Shown: positions 18,997 to 27,840 of the stretch, one piece after another
How positions within the stretch are numbered: the stretch's first letter is position 1
Layout: every line of letters starts with the position of its first letter
From: Patescibacteria group bacterium
Lineage (GTDB): Bacteria; Patescibacteriota; Patescibacteriia; JAHIZJ01
DNA: 64,000 nt
Direction: 5' to 3'
Assembly: GCA_028714495.1 (NCBI GenBank)
Contig: JAQTMH010000001.1
Location: forward strand, 9,721-73,720
The notes under the pieces: generated by a model
Told to the model about the DNA's origin: nothing
The model's input: the letters and a program-made list of their open reading frames with translations, nothing else
The model's database searches: none
Position numbers and translations under genes: made by a program

Positions 18997-19781
18997 GGTT
19001 TAGGTGTATTAATTGGTTTTATTTCAGTATCGATAACTTCTCGGCCCAGCCGCTGATAGGCGTTGGCTGCCCGGGAGCGCAGAGCGTAGTCCCGAATCGG
19101 CAGGCCGTGGCTGGGCGCTTCGGCTAGTTTGATATTTCGGGGAATGACTGAACGGAAAATGCGGTTGGGAAAGTATTTGTAAAGTTCTTCCATTACTTCC
19201 CGGGTCAATTTATATCTCGGATCATACATAGTCATGACCGCGCCCAGAATCTGCAAATCACTGTTTAGATTGTTTCTTACCAAATCAATCGTATTCAGAA
19301 GCTGGCCCAAGCCCTCCAGGGCAAAATATTCGCACTGGACTGGAATCAGCACCTCCCGCGAGGCGACCAGGCCATTGATCGTCAATAAGCCGAGCGAGGG
19401 CGGGCTGTCGATAATAATATAGTCATAGTCTGACAATACTTCACGAAGATTGTCTTGCAAAAGATACTCCCGGCGCGGCAAATTTACCAGTTCGACTGTC
19501 GCCCCGGCCAGAGAAATGGTCGCCGGAGCAATTTTATAGCCGTATAAATGGGTGTCGCGAACAACCTCGCTCAAGGACGTCGGGGTCAAGAGAACCTCGT
19601 AAATGCCCCGGTCTATTTCTCGGTGGTTCAGGCCTAATCCGCTGGTGGCATTGGCCTGCGGATCAATATCAATCAGCAGGACAAATTTGCCCATGGCGGC
19701 TAAAGCCGCGCCAAGGTTTATGGCCGTGGTGGTCTTCCCCACTCCGCCCTTTTGATTGACAACCGAAATTATCCTGGACAT
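18993..19781 (-). CDS. parA: chromosome partitioning ATPase ParA/Soj
   Basis: NQKGGVGKTTT, DIDPQANAT, IDSPPSLG, LAEAPSHG. Confidence 0.97.
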   Translation of the reverse strand: MSRIISVVNQKGGVGKTTTAINLGAALAAMGKFVLLIDIDPQANATSGLGLNHREIDRGIYEVLLTPTSLSEVVRDTHLYGYKIAPATISLAGATVELVNLPRREYLLQDNLREVLSDYDYIIIDSPPSLGLLTINGLVASREVLIPVQCEYFALEGLGQLLNTIDLVRNNLNSDLQILGAVMTMYDPRYKLTREVMEELYKYFPNRIFRSVIPRNIKLAEAPSHGLPIRDYALRSRAANAYQRLGREVIDTEIKPINTPKP

Positions 19782-19877
19782 TATCCCGGGTTACTGCTTA
19801 ACTAATGACCTAAGTATAAAATAAAAATGGTATTATTTCAATAGCGTTAATCAGCAATTTTTTATCAATAATATTCA

Positions 19878-19906
19878 TTGACAAAAAGCTAATTTTTCCT
19901 TACGCT
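19878..19906 (+). promoter_or_regulatory. sigma70 promoter of tRNA locus
   Basis: TTGACA-17nt-TACGCT. Confidence 0.75.
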
Positions 19907-19917
19907 TACTGCTGAAA

Positions 19918-20221
19918 GCCGGAGTGGCGGAACCCCGCACTACAACTCACTCCGTTCGTCGAGTACGGGGCAGGCTGGCAGACGTATCCCGCATCTGTGG
20001 TGGGCGAGTGGCGGAACTGGCAGACGCACAGGACTCAAAATCCTGCGAGCGCAAGCTCATGAGAGTTCGATTCTCTCCTCGCCCACCACTAGTGCGGGAT
20101 ATGCGGGACTCTAGCCCAGTACCGGAGCAGAGCGACTGGTACTGGGCAAAATCGTGCGGGGATGATCCCATGTCGATTCGACGGAGTTTATCCTGACGAA
20201 TGTCAGGAATCGGCGGCACTA
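19918..20221 (+). pseudogene. outer tRNA-Leu(CAA) remnant interrupted by four palindromic insertions
   Basis: removing inserts gives GCCGGAGTGGCGGAACTGGCAGACGTGCGGGACTCAAAATCGTGCGGGGATGATCCCATGTCGATTCGA..ATCGGCGGCACTA. Confidence 0.75.
20002..20088 (+). tRNA. tRNA-Leu (CAA)
   Basis: GGGCGAG/CTCGCCC acceptor stem, CT-CAA-AA loop, long variable arm, GTTCGA, encoded CCA. Confidence 0.97.
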
Positions 20222-20401
20222 ACTACCTGAATTTCTCTAGCGCACGGACACGTCTGATGACTTGAGATAAATTACAATTCACCTTTTAGTTAAAAGGTGA
20301 ATTGAGACCCGTCGACGGCACCAGCTGGTGGTGATTACCGTTCCTTGATAAATATTCCAATATGCGCTATTATATAAACCACGGATAATATCCGTTAACG
20401 T

Positions 20402-20477
20402 CGCGGGGTGGAGCAGTTGGCAGCTCGCAAGGCTCATAACCTTGAGGTCGCCGGTTCGAGTCCGGCCCCCGCAACCA
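20402..20477 (+). tRNA. initiator tRNA-fMet (CAT)
   Basis: CGCGGGGTGGAGCAG start, C1:A72 mismatch, CTCATAA loop, CCA. Confidence 0.95.
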
Positions 20478-20612
20478 TGAACGACTCGCTGACGCTCGCA
20501 TTCATGGCTTGCGCCAGACATAATCGACACACTGACGCTCGCATTCATGGCTTGCGCCAACAAGATTCGGCGAGTCATTCATGCCTTGAACCAAAATACA
20601 TTATTTGGTTCA
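20478..20612 (+). repeat. structured post-tRNA repeat, copy 1
   Basis: GAACGACTCGC/GCGAGTCATTC stem enclosing two identical 28-bp units (20489-20516, 20532-20559); homologous to 21060-21215. Confidence 0.85.
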
Positions 20613-20654
20613 GGGCGATTAAAGTGATGGCACGGGAGATAAGGAGTATCATAA

Positions 20655-21005
20655 GTGAAAAACTGGTTCTATGTTTATGTCCTTATCAGTCTACTGGATG
20701 GCATGTTCTATCTTGGTTATACGACGAATCTCCGACAGAGAGTTATACAACACAATAACGGACTGAATGTCTCCACCGCTAAACCTCGTCCGCTTCGTCT
20801 CATCTACTATGAAGCTCATCGATCACAAGAAGATGCATTTCGCCGGGAAAGTTATTTCAAAACAGCCAAAGGAAAGATAATGCTTCGCTATATTATCCGT
20901 TCATCTTTAAGAGAGCGACAAACTCAAATCGCAAAGCTGGGTACCGCCGATGGCGTATACCCGAGCGAAGCGAGTGGTATACGCCAGGGTAGCTCAGTTG
21001 GTTAG
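20655..21005 (+). CDS. small GIY-YIG nuclease (UPF0213/YhbQ-like)
   Basis: FYVYVL...FYLGYTTNLRQRV.QHN...LIYYE...AFRRE..FK; C-terminal tail runs into the next tRNA. Confidence 0.9.
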   Translation: MKNWFYVYVLISLLDGMFYLGYTTNLRQRVIQHNNGLNVSTAKPRPLRLIYYEAHRSQEDAFRRESYFKTAKGKIMLRYIIRSSLRERQTQIAKLGTADGVYPSEASGIRQGSSVG

Positions 21006-21059
21006 AGCGTGGGACTCATAAGCCCAAGGTCGTGGGTTCGATCCCCACCCCTGGTACCA
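20983..21059 (+). tRNA. tRNA with CAT anticodon (elongator Met or Ile2)
   Basis: GCCAGGG/CCCTGGT stem, TAGCTCAGTTGGTTAGAGC D arm, CTCATAA loop, CCA. Confidence 0.92.
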
Positions 21060-21215
21060 TAAACGACTCGCTGATGCTCGCATTTATGGCATAAGCCAGT
21101 AATACTCGACATATTGACATTCAGATTCGGAGCTTGCGCTAGCTAAGGTTCGGCGAGTCGTTTACGCCCTGAACCCGACCATGGACCATAGCGGTTCATG
21201 GGATTGGTTTAGAGC
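21060..21215 (+). repeat. structured post-tRNA repeat, copy 2
   Basis: TAAACGACTCGC/GCGAGTCGTTTA stem, diverged copy of 20478-20612. Confidence 0.8.
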
Positions 21216-21263
21216 GAAAGTGAATGAAGGGCTGAAGTATATTTATACCTGTAAATAGGTAAA

Positions 21264-21797
21264 ATGTTTCTCACCACTCACGCGGCAGCGGGCGTTTTAA
21301 TCAGTCAGAGGTTTGATTCGCCCCTGTTGGTTTTTTTTATTTCGATTTTTGCCCATTTTGTCATGGATTTTATCCCGCACGGCGATGAAAATCTCTATCA
21401 GGAATGGGATCCGAAAAAAAGAATGCGGGCCGCTCGGGTAAGTGTTATTGACTTCCTGATCGTCGTAATTATGATAATGGTTCTCTATCGCACCACCGAC
21501 CTGCCGCGCTTCGGGCTGGTCAGCGCTGGTTTGGCCGGATCGCTTTTACCCGACCTGGCCTCAAATTTTTTTCCCTTGCTGCATAAAAAATTCCGCGAGG
21601 TTTTCATCTTTCGTTCGCTTGGCTTCCTGAGAAAAAAGATTTTTCTGCTTCATCCGATTATGAAAAGACAGGACATTTGGCATCGTTGGTTCCACCGTTT
21701 TTTTGACCACTTTCTGGACTACCGCATTTCTCCAGTGGCGGGCATAGCGATTCAAATTATTATTATCGCGATATTTCTAATCACTGAAATTCGTTGA
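21264..21797 (+). CDS. membrane-bound metal-dependent hydrolase-like protein
   Basis: HAAAG, HFVMDFIPHGD, LPDL, H..FH motifs with TM helices. Confidence 0.7.
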   Translation: MFLTTHAAAGVLISQRFDSPLLVFFISIFAHFVMDFIPHGDENLYQEWDPKKRMRAARVSVIDFLIVVIMIMVLYRTTDLPRFGLVSAGLAGSLLPDLASNFFPLLHKKFREVFIFRSLGFLRKKIFLLHPIMKRQDIWHRWFHRFFDHFLDYRISPVAGIAIQIIIIAIFLITEIR

Positions 21798-21798
21798 T

Positions 21799-22317
21799 AT
21801 GTTTATCACGGTCCACGCCTCCTGCGGTATTTTTATCAGCCAGGCGGTTAAATCGCCTATTTTAGTTTTTTTACTGTCTTTATTTTCACATTACCTTCTG
21901 GACATTATTCCCCACGGTGATCGGGACTTAAGCGAGTGGATCGGGAAAAAGCCGGTTCGACTTTTTAAAATAGAAGCGATCGACCTGACAATACTGGCAG
22001 TCTATTTGGGAATCCTTTTCTGGCAAGGCTCCGAATCCAATATATTATTATTGGTAATTAGCATAATCGGCGCGGCTCTACCCGACATCCTGTCAGAAAT
22101 ACGCCATCAATCAATAAATAGTCTGGCGACTTTTTATCGGCAATTTCGTCTGCTTGATCGCATCAGATTAATAAAAGGATTCCTTAACTGGCAAAACCGC
22201 GTTCATGATAAACTTCATTGGCTGATTAAAACAAACATGGGATGGGTTGGGGGAATTTCGATACAAGTAATACTGGTATTGATGTTTTTCTTTCTTACTG
22301 CCAAATTTTTTAAATAA
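21799..22317 (+). CDS. membrane-bound metal-dependent hydrolase-like protein (tandem paralog)
   Basis: HASCG, HYLLDIIPHGD, LPDIL, HDKLH. Confidence 0.7.
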   Translation: MFITVHASCGIFISQAVKSPILVFLLSLFSHYLLDIIPHGDRDLSEWIGKKPVRLFKIEAIDLTILAVYLGILFWQGSESNILLLVISIIGAALPDILSEIRHQSINSLATFYRQFRLLDRIRLIKGFLNWQNRVHDKLHWLIKTNMGWVGGISIQVILVLMFFFLTAKFFK

Positions 22318-22348
22318 AAAAGGGGCAGTTTCAGATGAAACCGCCCCA
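22316..22348 (-). terminator. intrinsic terminator
   Basis: GGGGCGGTTTC-ATCT-GAAACTGCCCCTTTTTT. Confidence 0.7.
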
Positions 22349-22373
22349 TTAAGAATGTGCATTCCGGTGTCAG

Positions 22374-23474
22374 TCATCGGAACAGGGGTCTGCCCGGTGG
22401 CTCAATCACCTTCAACCGTACCACGACCTCACCTTCGCAATTGTTCGGATCATAGTACAGAGTTCCGTCGTCCTGTTCGCGGCACCTTGAGGGGTTGAAG
22501 TCCACCCAGAGAATCCCTCCGGGCAGAGACACCATCCCTTTATAGATGCCGCTCCACGTAAAGGGAGCGCACCATTCCCCATCGCCGATGCGATACATGA
22601 AAGCGCCGCATGGCACATCCCGGTTTTTGAACCAACCGGGATGTTCGTAATCCCTGGGGTATCTCGGCATTCCATTGCCCAAGGTGTCGCCAGACACAGA
22701 AACCCAGCGTTCCTTGTGCTTTTGATTGCCCCAGTATTTGTACACTACTCCGGGGACTTTCTCCCAGACCAATCGCGACCCGGGTCGAAGTTCGAGATTG
22801 CCTTGGCCGATCTGAATAGGATGCGGTCCTTGCGACCGGGTGTCGAAGCGGATCAGGGCGCCGTCAGAACTTCTGGGATCACCTTCGAGTATGGCGTACT
22901 CGACTGACACGCCCTGGGTGTTTCCGGGCACTCCTTTGGCTGAAGGGAAAACGAACCCCTTGGCGTTGACCAACGTAAGCACCAGCAGGATCAGGTAGAG
23001 AATCTTGATGGCCAAGTTCCAGCGCCAGGCAATAACCACCGCCATGAGAGCGATGACGACTGCATAGAACGACCAGACTGGTCCGATTGTACCCAAATGG
23101 CTTAGTGCGCCCTGAACCGCGCCGGGTAAGATATTGGACAAACCCCGAGGAATCAAGAGAAAGAGCACCACAAGGGTCAACGCAACCTGGAGTAACATGA
23201 TGAATCTGCCCCCTATTCGTTTGATGAATAGGGCGTAACCTAAGGTGCCAAGTAACAGAATGCCAACGATGAGTGTGATGACGTTGGAAAACTTGTACCG
23301 TCCGACTAGGATTCCGACAACCACAAACGCGATGAAAAGACCAGAAAGCCACTTGGCATTACCGTCCCATAATAGATAGAGTCCCCAGGGTCTATCTCCG
23401 CGTCTGGGATTTTTCGGGACTATCAACCTAGCGATGAACCAGAGAAAGGCAAGCGCGCCGATCAAATACCACAT
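22374..23474 (-). CDS. multi-TM protein with C-terminal extracytoplasmic, possibly LecA/PA-IL-like domain
   Basis: about 6 TM segments, then PCGAFMYRIGDG...GGILWVDFN...NNCEGEVVVRL. Confidence 0.6.
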   Translation of the reverse strand: MWYLIGALAFLWFIARLIVPKNPRRGDRPWGLYLLWDGNAKWLSGLFIAFVVVGILVGRYKFSNVITLIVGILLLGTLGYALFIKRIGGRFIMLLQVALTLVVLFLLIPRGLSNILPGAVQGALSHLGTIGPVWSFYAVVIALMAVVIAWRWNLAIKILYLILLVLTLVNAKGFVFPSAKGVPGNTQGVSVEYAILEGDPRSSDGALIRFDTRSQGPHPIQIGQGNLELRPGSRLVWEKVPGVVYKYWGNQKHKERWVSVSGDTLGNGMPRYPRDYEHPGWFKNRDVPCGAFMYRIGDGEWCAPFTWSGIYKGMVSLPGGILWVDFNPSRCREQDDGTLYYDPNNCEGEVVVRLKVIEPPGRPLFR

Positions 23475-23556
23475 TGCTAGTCCTCCTCCTTCAAAGCAGC
23501 GGCAGTCGTGGCCTTAGAGTTTACCAGGCCACAGACACAAACGCCCGCCTGGTTGG

Positions 23557-25629
23557 TTAGGGTTTCTTCCCCTTACCCGATTCGGTATCAACCTCTCTTG
23601 TGTCTTCAGGTGCGGCTCTCCCGGCCTTTTTCAGTAGCGTGGCCAGTAAAGCCTCGCTGGTACTACTTTCGCCAATCTGAACAATGGCCCCACCCTTGGC
23701 CGCGGCAACTGTGTCAAGCCGAGCCAGATCCCGACCCAGCTCTGGACCCTTGTCAGCGTAGGCTTGTACCCGCTGTCTGATGAAAGCAGCTTCGCCTCGA
23801 CCTTCAGTTTCCCGGGCGACGGCTTTCCGTTCAGCCACAATCTGCATGGACAATAGATCTTTTCCTTCCTGGTCCACGGGATTGACTTCCTCAATTGCTA
23901 GAGCAGTAATGACCACGCCGCATTGCTGTAAAGCCATGCGCAGGATATCGGCTTTCCGGCTATAGACGATCAATTGACCGTCGGCGCCAACCGTCTGCTG
24001 GGCTGTGTCTTTCGTATCCAACACTTCGATCCGATATCTCGGCTTGCCCGTCTCTTTGTCCTGAGGCATGGGTGTCACGCAGACCACTCGCTTATTGCCC
24101 TTGACCCCCTCAATGATGAACTCAGCCAATGGCCCCCGTGCGTCAAAAACTGCGAAAAATGGTAAGGCCCTGCTCAAATCTCTGGTTACATCCGAGGCAT
24201 TAGTGATGACGACCTTACGCCAGTTGTCGATCTCGAAGTAAGCCTTATATACATTTCTCACATTGACATAGAGAGTCATGAAGAACTCAACGGCCGGACC
24301 ATCGGCTGTTTCAGCCTTTACCACATGAACGCGCAATTGAATCCGGCCGAGGCCGATTTCCTTGAATTGAAGGGTTTCGGATCCTGGTATACGAACTTTC
24401 ACGCCCTTGTCGTCCACTTTATCAGTCCAGGTTTCGATTTGAACGGTGTGTTCCATCACGGTATCCCAGGGCGCCCCGATCACACGCAAACCGCCCAAGA
24501 TCCCGTGGCGCGGACTTTGGACATTGCGGCAGTCAGCAATGCACCAATCAAGCATATCGGGCGGCAGTCCGGGGATTTCATCCACCAGCTCTTGATGCGT
24601 CATGATATCGTATTTCCAGAATCGCTCTTCATACGCTGGTATGTGAGAGATGGCATCGAGGATTCTCTGGGCCTCAGATTCATTAAAGGCGACAATCTGC
24701 CTAGCCAGTTCCAAATCGCTTTGTATGTTGCTGGCTTCGCTCGTGATCCCACGGAAAGGCTCGGCGTCACCCAAAGCTGCCCGCAGAGCATCCAAGACAT
24801 CTTTGACCTGTGCTTTACGCGAACAGATCAGGAAGTACAGACAATTCAGTCTCAAGGCCGCCTGGGTAGTGATCATCCGCCGGTTTCTGAAGGTCCAGCC
24901 GACCCTCAAAAACATTCCTTTTCTGACGAATATCATGGCAGCGGCTTCTCTGATGTAGGCGAAGCAGAGCTCTCGCTTAGCTAAACCATCAACAACATAG
25001 ATGGTGGTAATCAGCCAAGCGATGAAGATGACCAAACCGACCAACCGATCTGGTATCAAGGCGCAAAGAAGAAAAACCACGCAGCTGGTCGCAATGAAGA
25101 TGAGAAAATACCAGATTTTCAGCGTTTGGTCATCAAGGGTGTAAATCCAGCGATCCAGCCAATGGCTGAACCGCTGATGGACTTTCGATTTGGCGACAAG
25201 GTGTAGCGCCAAACCGATCACCAGAAGGGTGCCAGTGGCGCCAAACAACATGCGCACGTTCTTGCTGATCACTGACGTATGCGCCAGCGACAAGGCAATA
25301 CCGACAATTCCGAGCACCGCCCAGACAACAACAATCCAAATCTTGTGCTTAGACGCACTTCTTTCAACTCGCAGGATTGTCTGCCACAAGCCGGTGCCGG
25401 ATTTCTTCCAACCGTCTCCAGGCATCTTGATTGCCTTTCTTTTCCTCCTAGCCACTCGATGGCTCTCAATCAAATCTCTGATCTGCCGTTGCCGAACAGT
25501 TTCTTCGGATCCCGCCACCATCTGTCTCATGCGTCTGGCCGCCACGACTCTACGCCAACAAACCGTGGCTATAAAGCCAATTACGGTGACAGCCAAAACA
25601 ACGATCAGGACCACTAGCGATTTAGGCAT
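23557..25629 (-). CDS. multi-TM protein with SPFH/band-7-like C-terminal domain
   Basis: TM N-terminus; KAETADG..VEF, GVVITALAIEEVNP, AERKAVARETEGRGEA coiled tail. Confidence 0.6.
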   Translation of the reverse strand: MPKSLVVLIVVLAVTVIGFIATVCWRRVVAARRMRQMVAGSEETVRQRQIRDLIESHRVARRKRKAIKMPGDGWKKSGTGLWQTILRVERSASKHKIWIVVVWAVLGIVGIALSLAHTSVISKNVRMLFGATGTLLVIGLALHLVAKSKVHQRFSHWLDRWIYTLDDQTLKIWYFLIFIATSCVVFLLCALIPDRLVGLVIFIAWLITTIYVVDGLAKRELCFAYIREAAAMIFVRKGMFLRVGWTFRNRRMITTQAALRLNCLYFLICSRKAQVKDVLDALRAALGDAEPFRGITSEASNIQSDLELARQIVAFNESEAQRILDAISHIPAYEERFWKYDIMTHQELVDEIPGLPPDMLDWCIADCRNVQSPRHGILGGLRVIGAPWDTVMEHTVQIETWTDKVDDKGVKVRIPGSETLQFKEIGLGRIQLRVHVVKAETADGPAVEFFMTLYVNVRNVYKAYFEIDNWRKVVITNASDVTRDLSRALPFFAVFDARGPLAEFIIEGVKGNKRVVCVTPMPQDKETGKPRYRIEVLDTKDTAQQTVGADGQLIVYSRKADILRMALQQCGVVITALAIEEVNPVDQEGKDLLSMQIVAERKAVARETEGRGEAAFIRQRVQAYADKGPELGRDLARLDTVAAAKGGAIVQIGESSTSEALLATLLKKAGRAAPEDTREVDTESGKGKKP

Positions 25630-25860
25630 AGCGAACCTCCTTCTTTAGCCCAGAGCTGATTAGCTCTTTTCTTGCCTGGTTAGCGAAGTTCCCTTGGTCA
25701 TTAAGACCCGATCTATCTGTGAATTGTCAATGGACAAATCAATCACTTAGATTGACCTTCGATATTTACATATTTATTACTTTTTGTCAAGGTCAGATAC
25801 GCACAATATAAAAAACGGGTTTTAGCCCGTCATTCTAATTTTGCAAGGGAGTTAAATTGT

Positions 25861-26637
25861 CTAGCCCGCTTGTTTTGCCTTCCTTTTTAAAAATAGCGCA
25901 AGCAGTCCAATCGCGATAGCCCCAAGCGAGAAGAATTGGCTTGGATGCAGGCCCAACCAGACAACCGGATCAGAGCCCGGCAAATCAGTGGCCCTTAGCA
26001 TGTCGGAGAAAAACCTAAACAGGCCATAGAGAACAAAAAACACGAGAATTAACCGCCCAGACTGTTTCTGAAACCAGGGCTTATTTCTCAGCCAGACAAA
26101 AAGCCCATACACTACCAAACCGAAAACAATCTCGTAAAGCGCTGTCTCGTGGCGGATAGTGCCGTCAGCGGTTTTTATTCCCCAAGGCAGAGCTGTAATC
26201 CGGCCCAGGTGGTCAAGAAACAGAAAACACCCGATCCGACCGAAAGCCAAGCCCAGCGGCAAAACAAACCCGATCGCGTCAGCGAAAGTCCAGAAAGGGA
26301 GCTTTTTCAGTCTCAAGTATGCCCAACCGGCAAGCACCGCGCCGATGAACCCGCCATAGATTCCCAGCCCGCCTTCCCAAATCTTCAAAGCCTCGATAAG
26401 GTTGTCGTGATAATAACCCCATTCGTTAAAAACATAAAAAATCCGTCCCCCAATCAACGAAGCGATTAATATCACTATGGCCAAATCTAAAACTGATTCG
26501 CCGGCTAAGCCGCGTCTCCTGGCTTCACGATAGCCTAACAGCGTGGCAGCCAGAAACGCCAGGGCGACAGAAAAACCCCAGACATTTATCGTGACAGGTC
26601 CAAGATTAAAACTGTAGATTTCAAAATAGGGTATCAT
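25861..26637 (-). CDS. lgt: prolipoprotein diacylglyceryl transferase
   Basis: IGGRIFYV, IWEGGLGIYGG, FGRIGCF, HETALYE, YGLFRF. Confidence 0.93.
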   Translation of the reverse strand: MIPYFEIYSFNLGPVTINVWGFSVALAFLAATLLGYREARRRGLAGESVLDLAIVILIASLIGGRIFYVFNEWGYYHDNLIEALKIWEGGLGIYGGFIGAVLAGWAYLRLKKLPFWTFADAIGFVLPLGLAFGRIGCFLFLDHLGRITALPWGIKTADGTIRHETALYEIVFGLVVYGLFVWLRNKPWFQKQSGRLILVFFVLYGLFRFFSDMLRATDLPGSDPVVWLGLHPSQFFSLGAIAIGLLALFLKRKAKQAG

Positions 26638-26733
26638 CTAAATCTAAGTATAATAAAAATATCGATTTCCTACAACAAAAAACCGCCCGAAGGCGTCTAG
26701 AACTTTGCGACTATTAATTATCAGGCCAGAAGT

Positions 26734-26901
26734 TTAGATGTATTTGAATACGATACGCATTTTCTCTTTCTCAAGCATGTCACCGCAACGGCAGGAACCA
26801 GGATTCTTCGCCTCAGTCCAGCACGACGGACAAATATAGCGCGAGCGGTTTAACAGGCGCGCCCTGGCTGCGGTTTTCCGATAATGGACTTTGACTTTCA
26901 T
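26734..26901 (-). CDS. small zinc-ribbon protein
   Basis: MKVKVHYRK...CPSC..CRCG; start inferred. Confidence 0.5.
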   Translation of the reverse strand: MKVKVHYRKTAARARLLNRSRYICPSCWTEAKNPGSCRCGDMLEKEKMRIVFKYI

Positions 26902-27017
26902 ATCAACCTTATCATAGGACAAACGGGTTTTATCTAGAAGTTGACGAGGTGTTGAAAAGCCATCTTTTACGGTGAATAAACCTGTTGAAAAGAACAACGC
27001 CTGGGCTAACCTTGGGA

Positions 27018-27797
27018 TTAATTTATCTCACCGTTTATTTCAGTATTAACCGTGTCTGATTCCAGCTCTTGCCCGGGCAAAAGATAATTAATGATGTCGA
27101 CGAAGTTTTGAGCTGTCAGAGCTCCTTCAGCTTTATAGCCATTGAAGAAAAACGTCGGGACGCCCCTGATGCCGGCAGCCAGACCCGCCTGCGTATCCGC
27201 CTGTACTTCCTTTTGATAACGTCGAGACTCATAGCAACTCTTGAAATTATTTTGATCGAGACCGATATCTCCAGCCAATTTATATATTTGCTCGTCATTT
27301 AATAGCTCGCTCTGCAAAAATAAACGGTCGTGCATTATCCAAAATTTGCCCTGCTCATTAGCGCACTGGGCGGCTTCAGCTAAGCGGCCCGCTCTCTCGT
27401 CAGAATCCGTAACGAAGTCCCGAAAAATCAATTTGACACTTCCGTTGTACACTGACACTATATCCCGAATAGTCTTAGCGGTCTCTTGACAATAGCTTGA
27501 ATGCCAGTCGCAAAATTCAACAATGGTTACCAGAGACGACGTTCCGCCGACAGCCGGATCATCCGCGGTCTCAACCGAATAGGGACTGCCGAGAAATATT
27601 TCTTCTGCCGTTAAGTTGGCTTGAGCTTGATTGGTCAGCTCTGAGACGGACTTCCCGAAAACCAATCCTTGGCAGACGAGATAGACCGCTGACAATATAA
27701 AGATTATGACGAAGGCTATCGCCAAAATCCCCCACCACCGAGCAAACCACGGCAAGGAACGTGATTGATTTTCTGCCGGCCGATCGGACATAAGCAA
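27018..27797 (-). CDS. DsbA/Thioredoxin_4 family protein with altered active site
   Basis: TIVEFCDWHSSYC, LIFRDF, AEAAQCANEQGKFW, GIRGVPTFF. Confidence 0.85.
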   Translation of the reverse strand: MLMSDRPAENQSRSLPWFARWWGILAIAFVIIFILSAVYLVCQGLVFGKSVSELTNQAQANLTAEEIFLGSPYSVETADDPAVGGTSSLVTIVEFCDWHSSYCQETAKTIRDIVSVYNGSVKLIFRDFVTDSDERAGRLAEAAQCANEQGKFWIMHDRLFLQSELLNDEQIYKLAGDIGLDQNNFKSCYESRRYQKEVQADTQAGLAAGIRGVPTFFFNGYKAEGALTAQNFVDIINYLLPGQELESDTVNTEINGEIN

Positions 27798-27840
27798 TTC
27801 AAAGACGCCCCTCGGTTAGAGGCAGCGTCTTTAGATCAAA

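Noticed and set aside
19918-20221. Outer tRNA as a functional multi-intron tRNA
   Set aside because: Inserts lack group I or bulge-helix-bulge features; the acceptor 3' strand, CCA and anticodon stem are degraded.
20275-20322. Palindrome followed by GAGACCCGTCGACGGCACCA, resembling a tRNA 3' end
   Set aside because: No matching 5' half could be reconstructed; too weak to call.
20489-20559. Possible mini CRISPR (two identical 28-bp repeats)
   Set aside because: Only two units with a 15-bp spacer, no cas genes, and embedded in a larger hairpin repeat.
22327-22342. parS-like AGTTTCAGATGAAACC near parAB
   Set aside because: Four mismatches to the TGTTTCACGTGAAACA consensus, including the central CG; it is the core of a U-tailed terminator hairpin.
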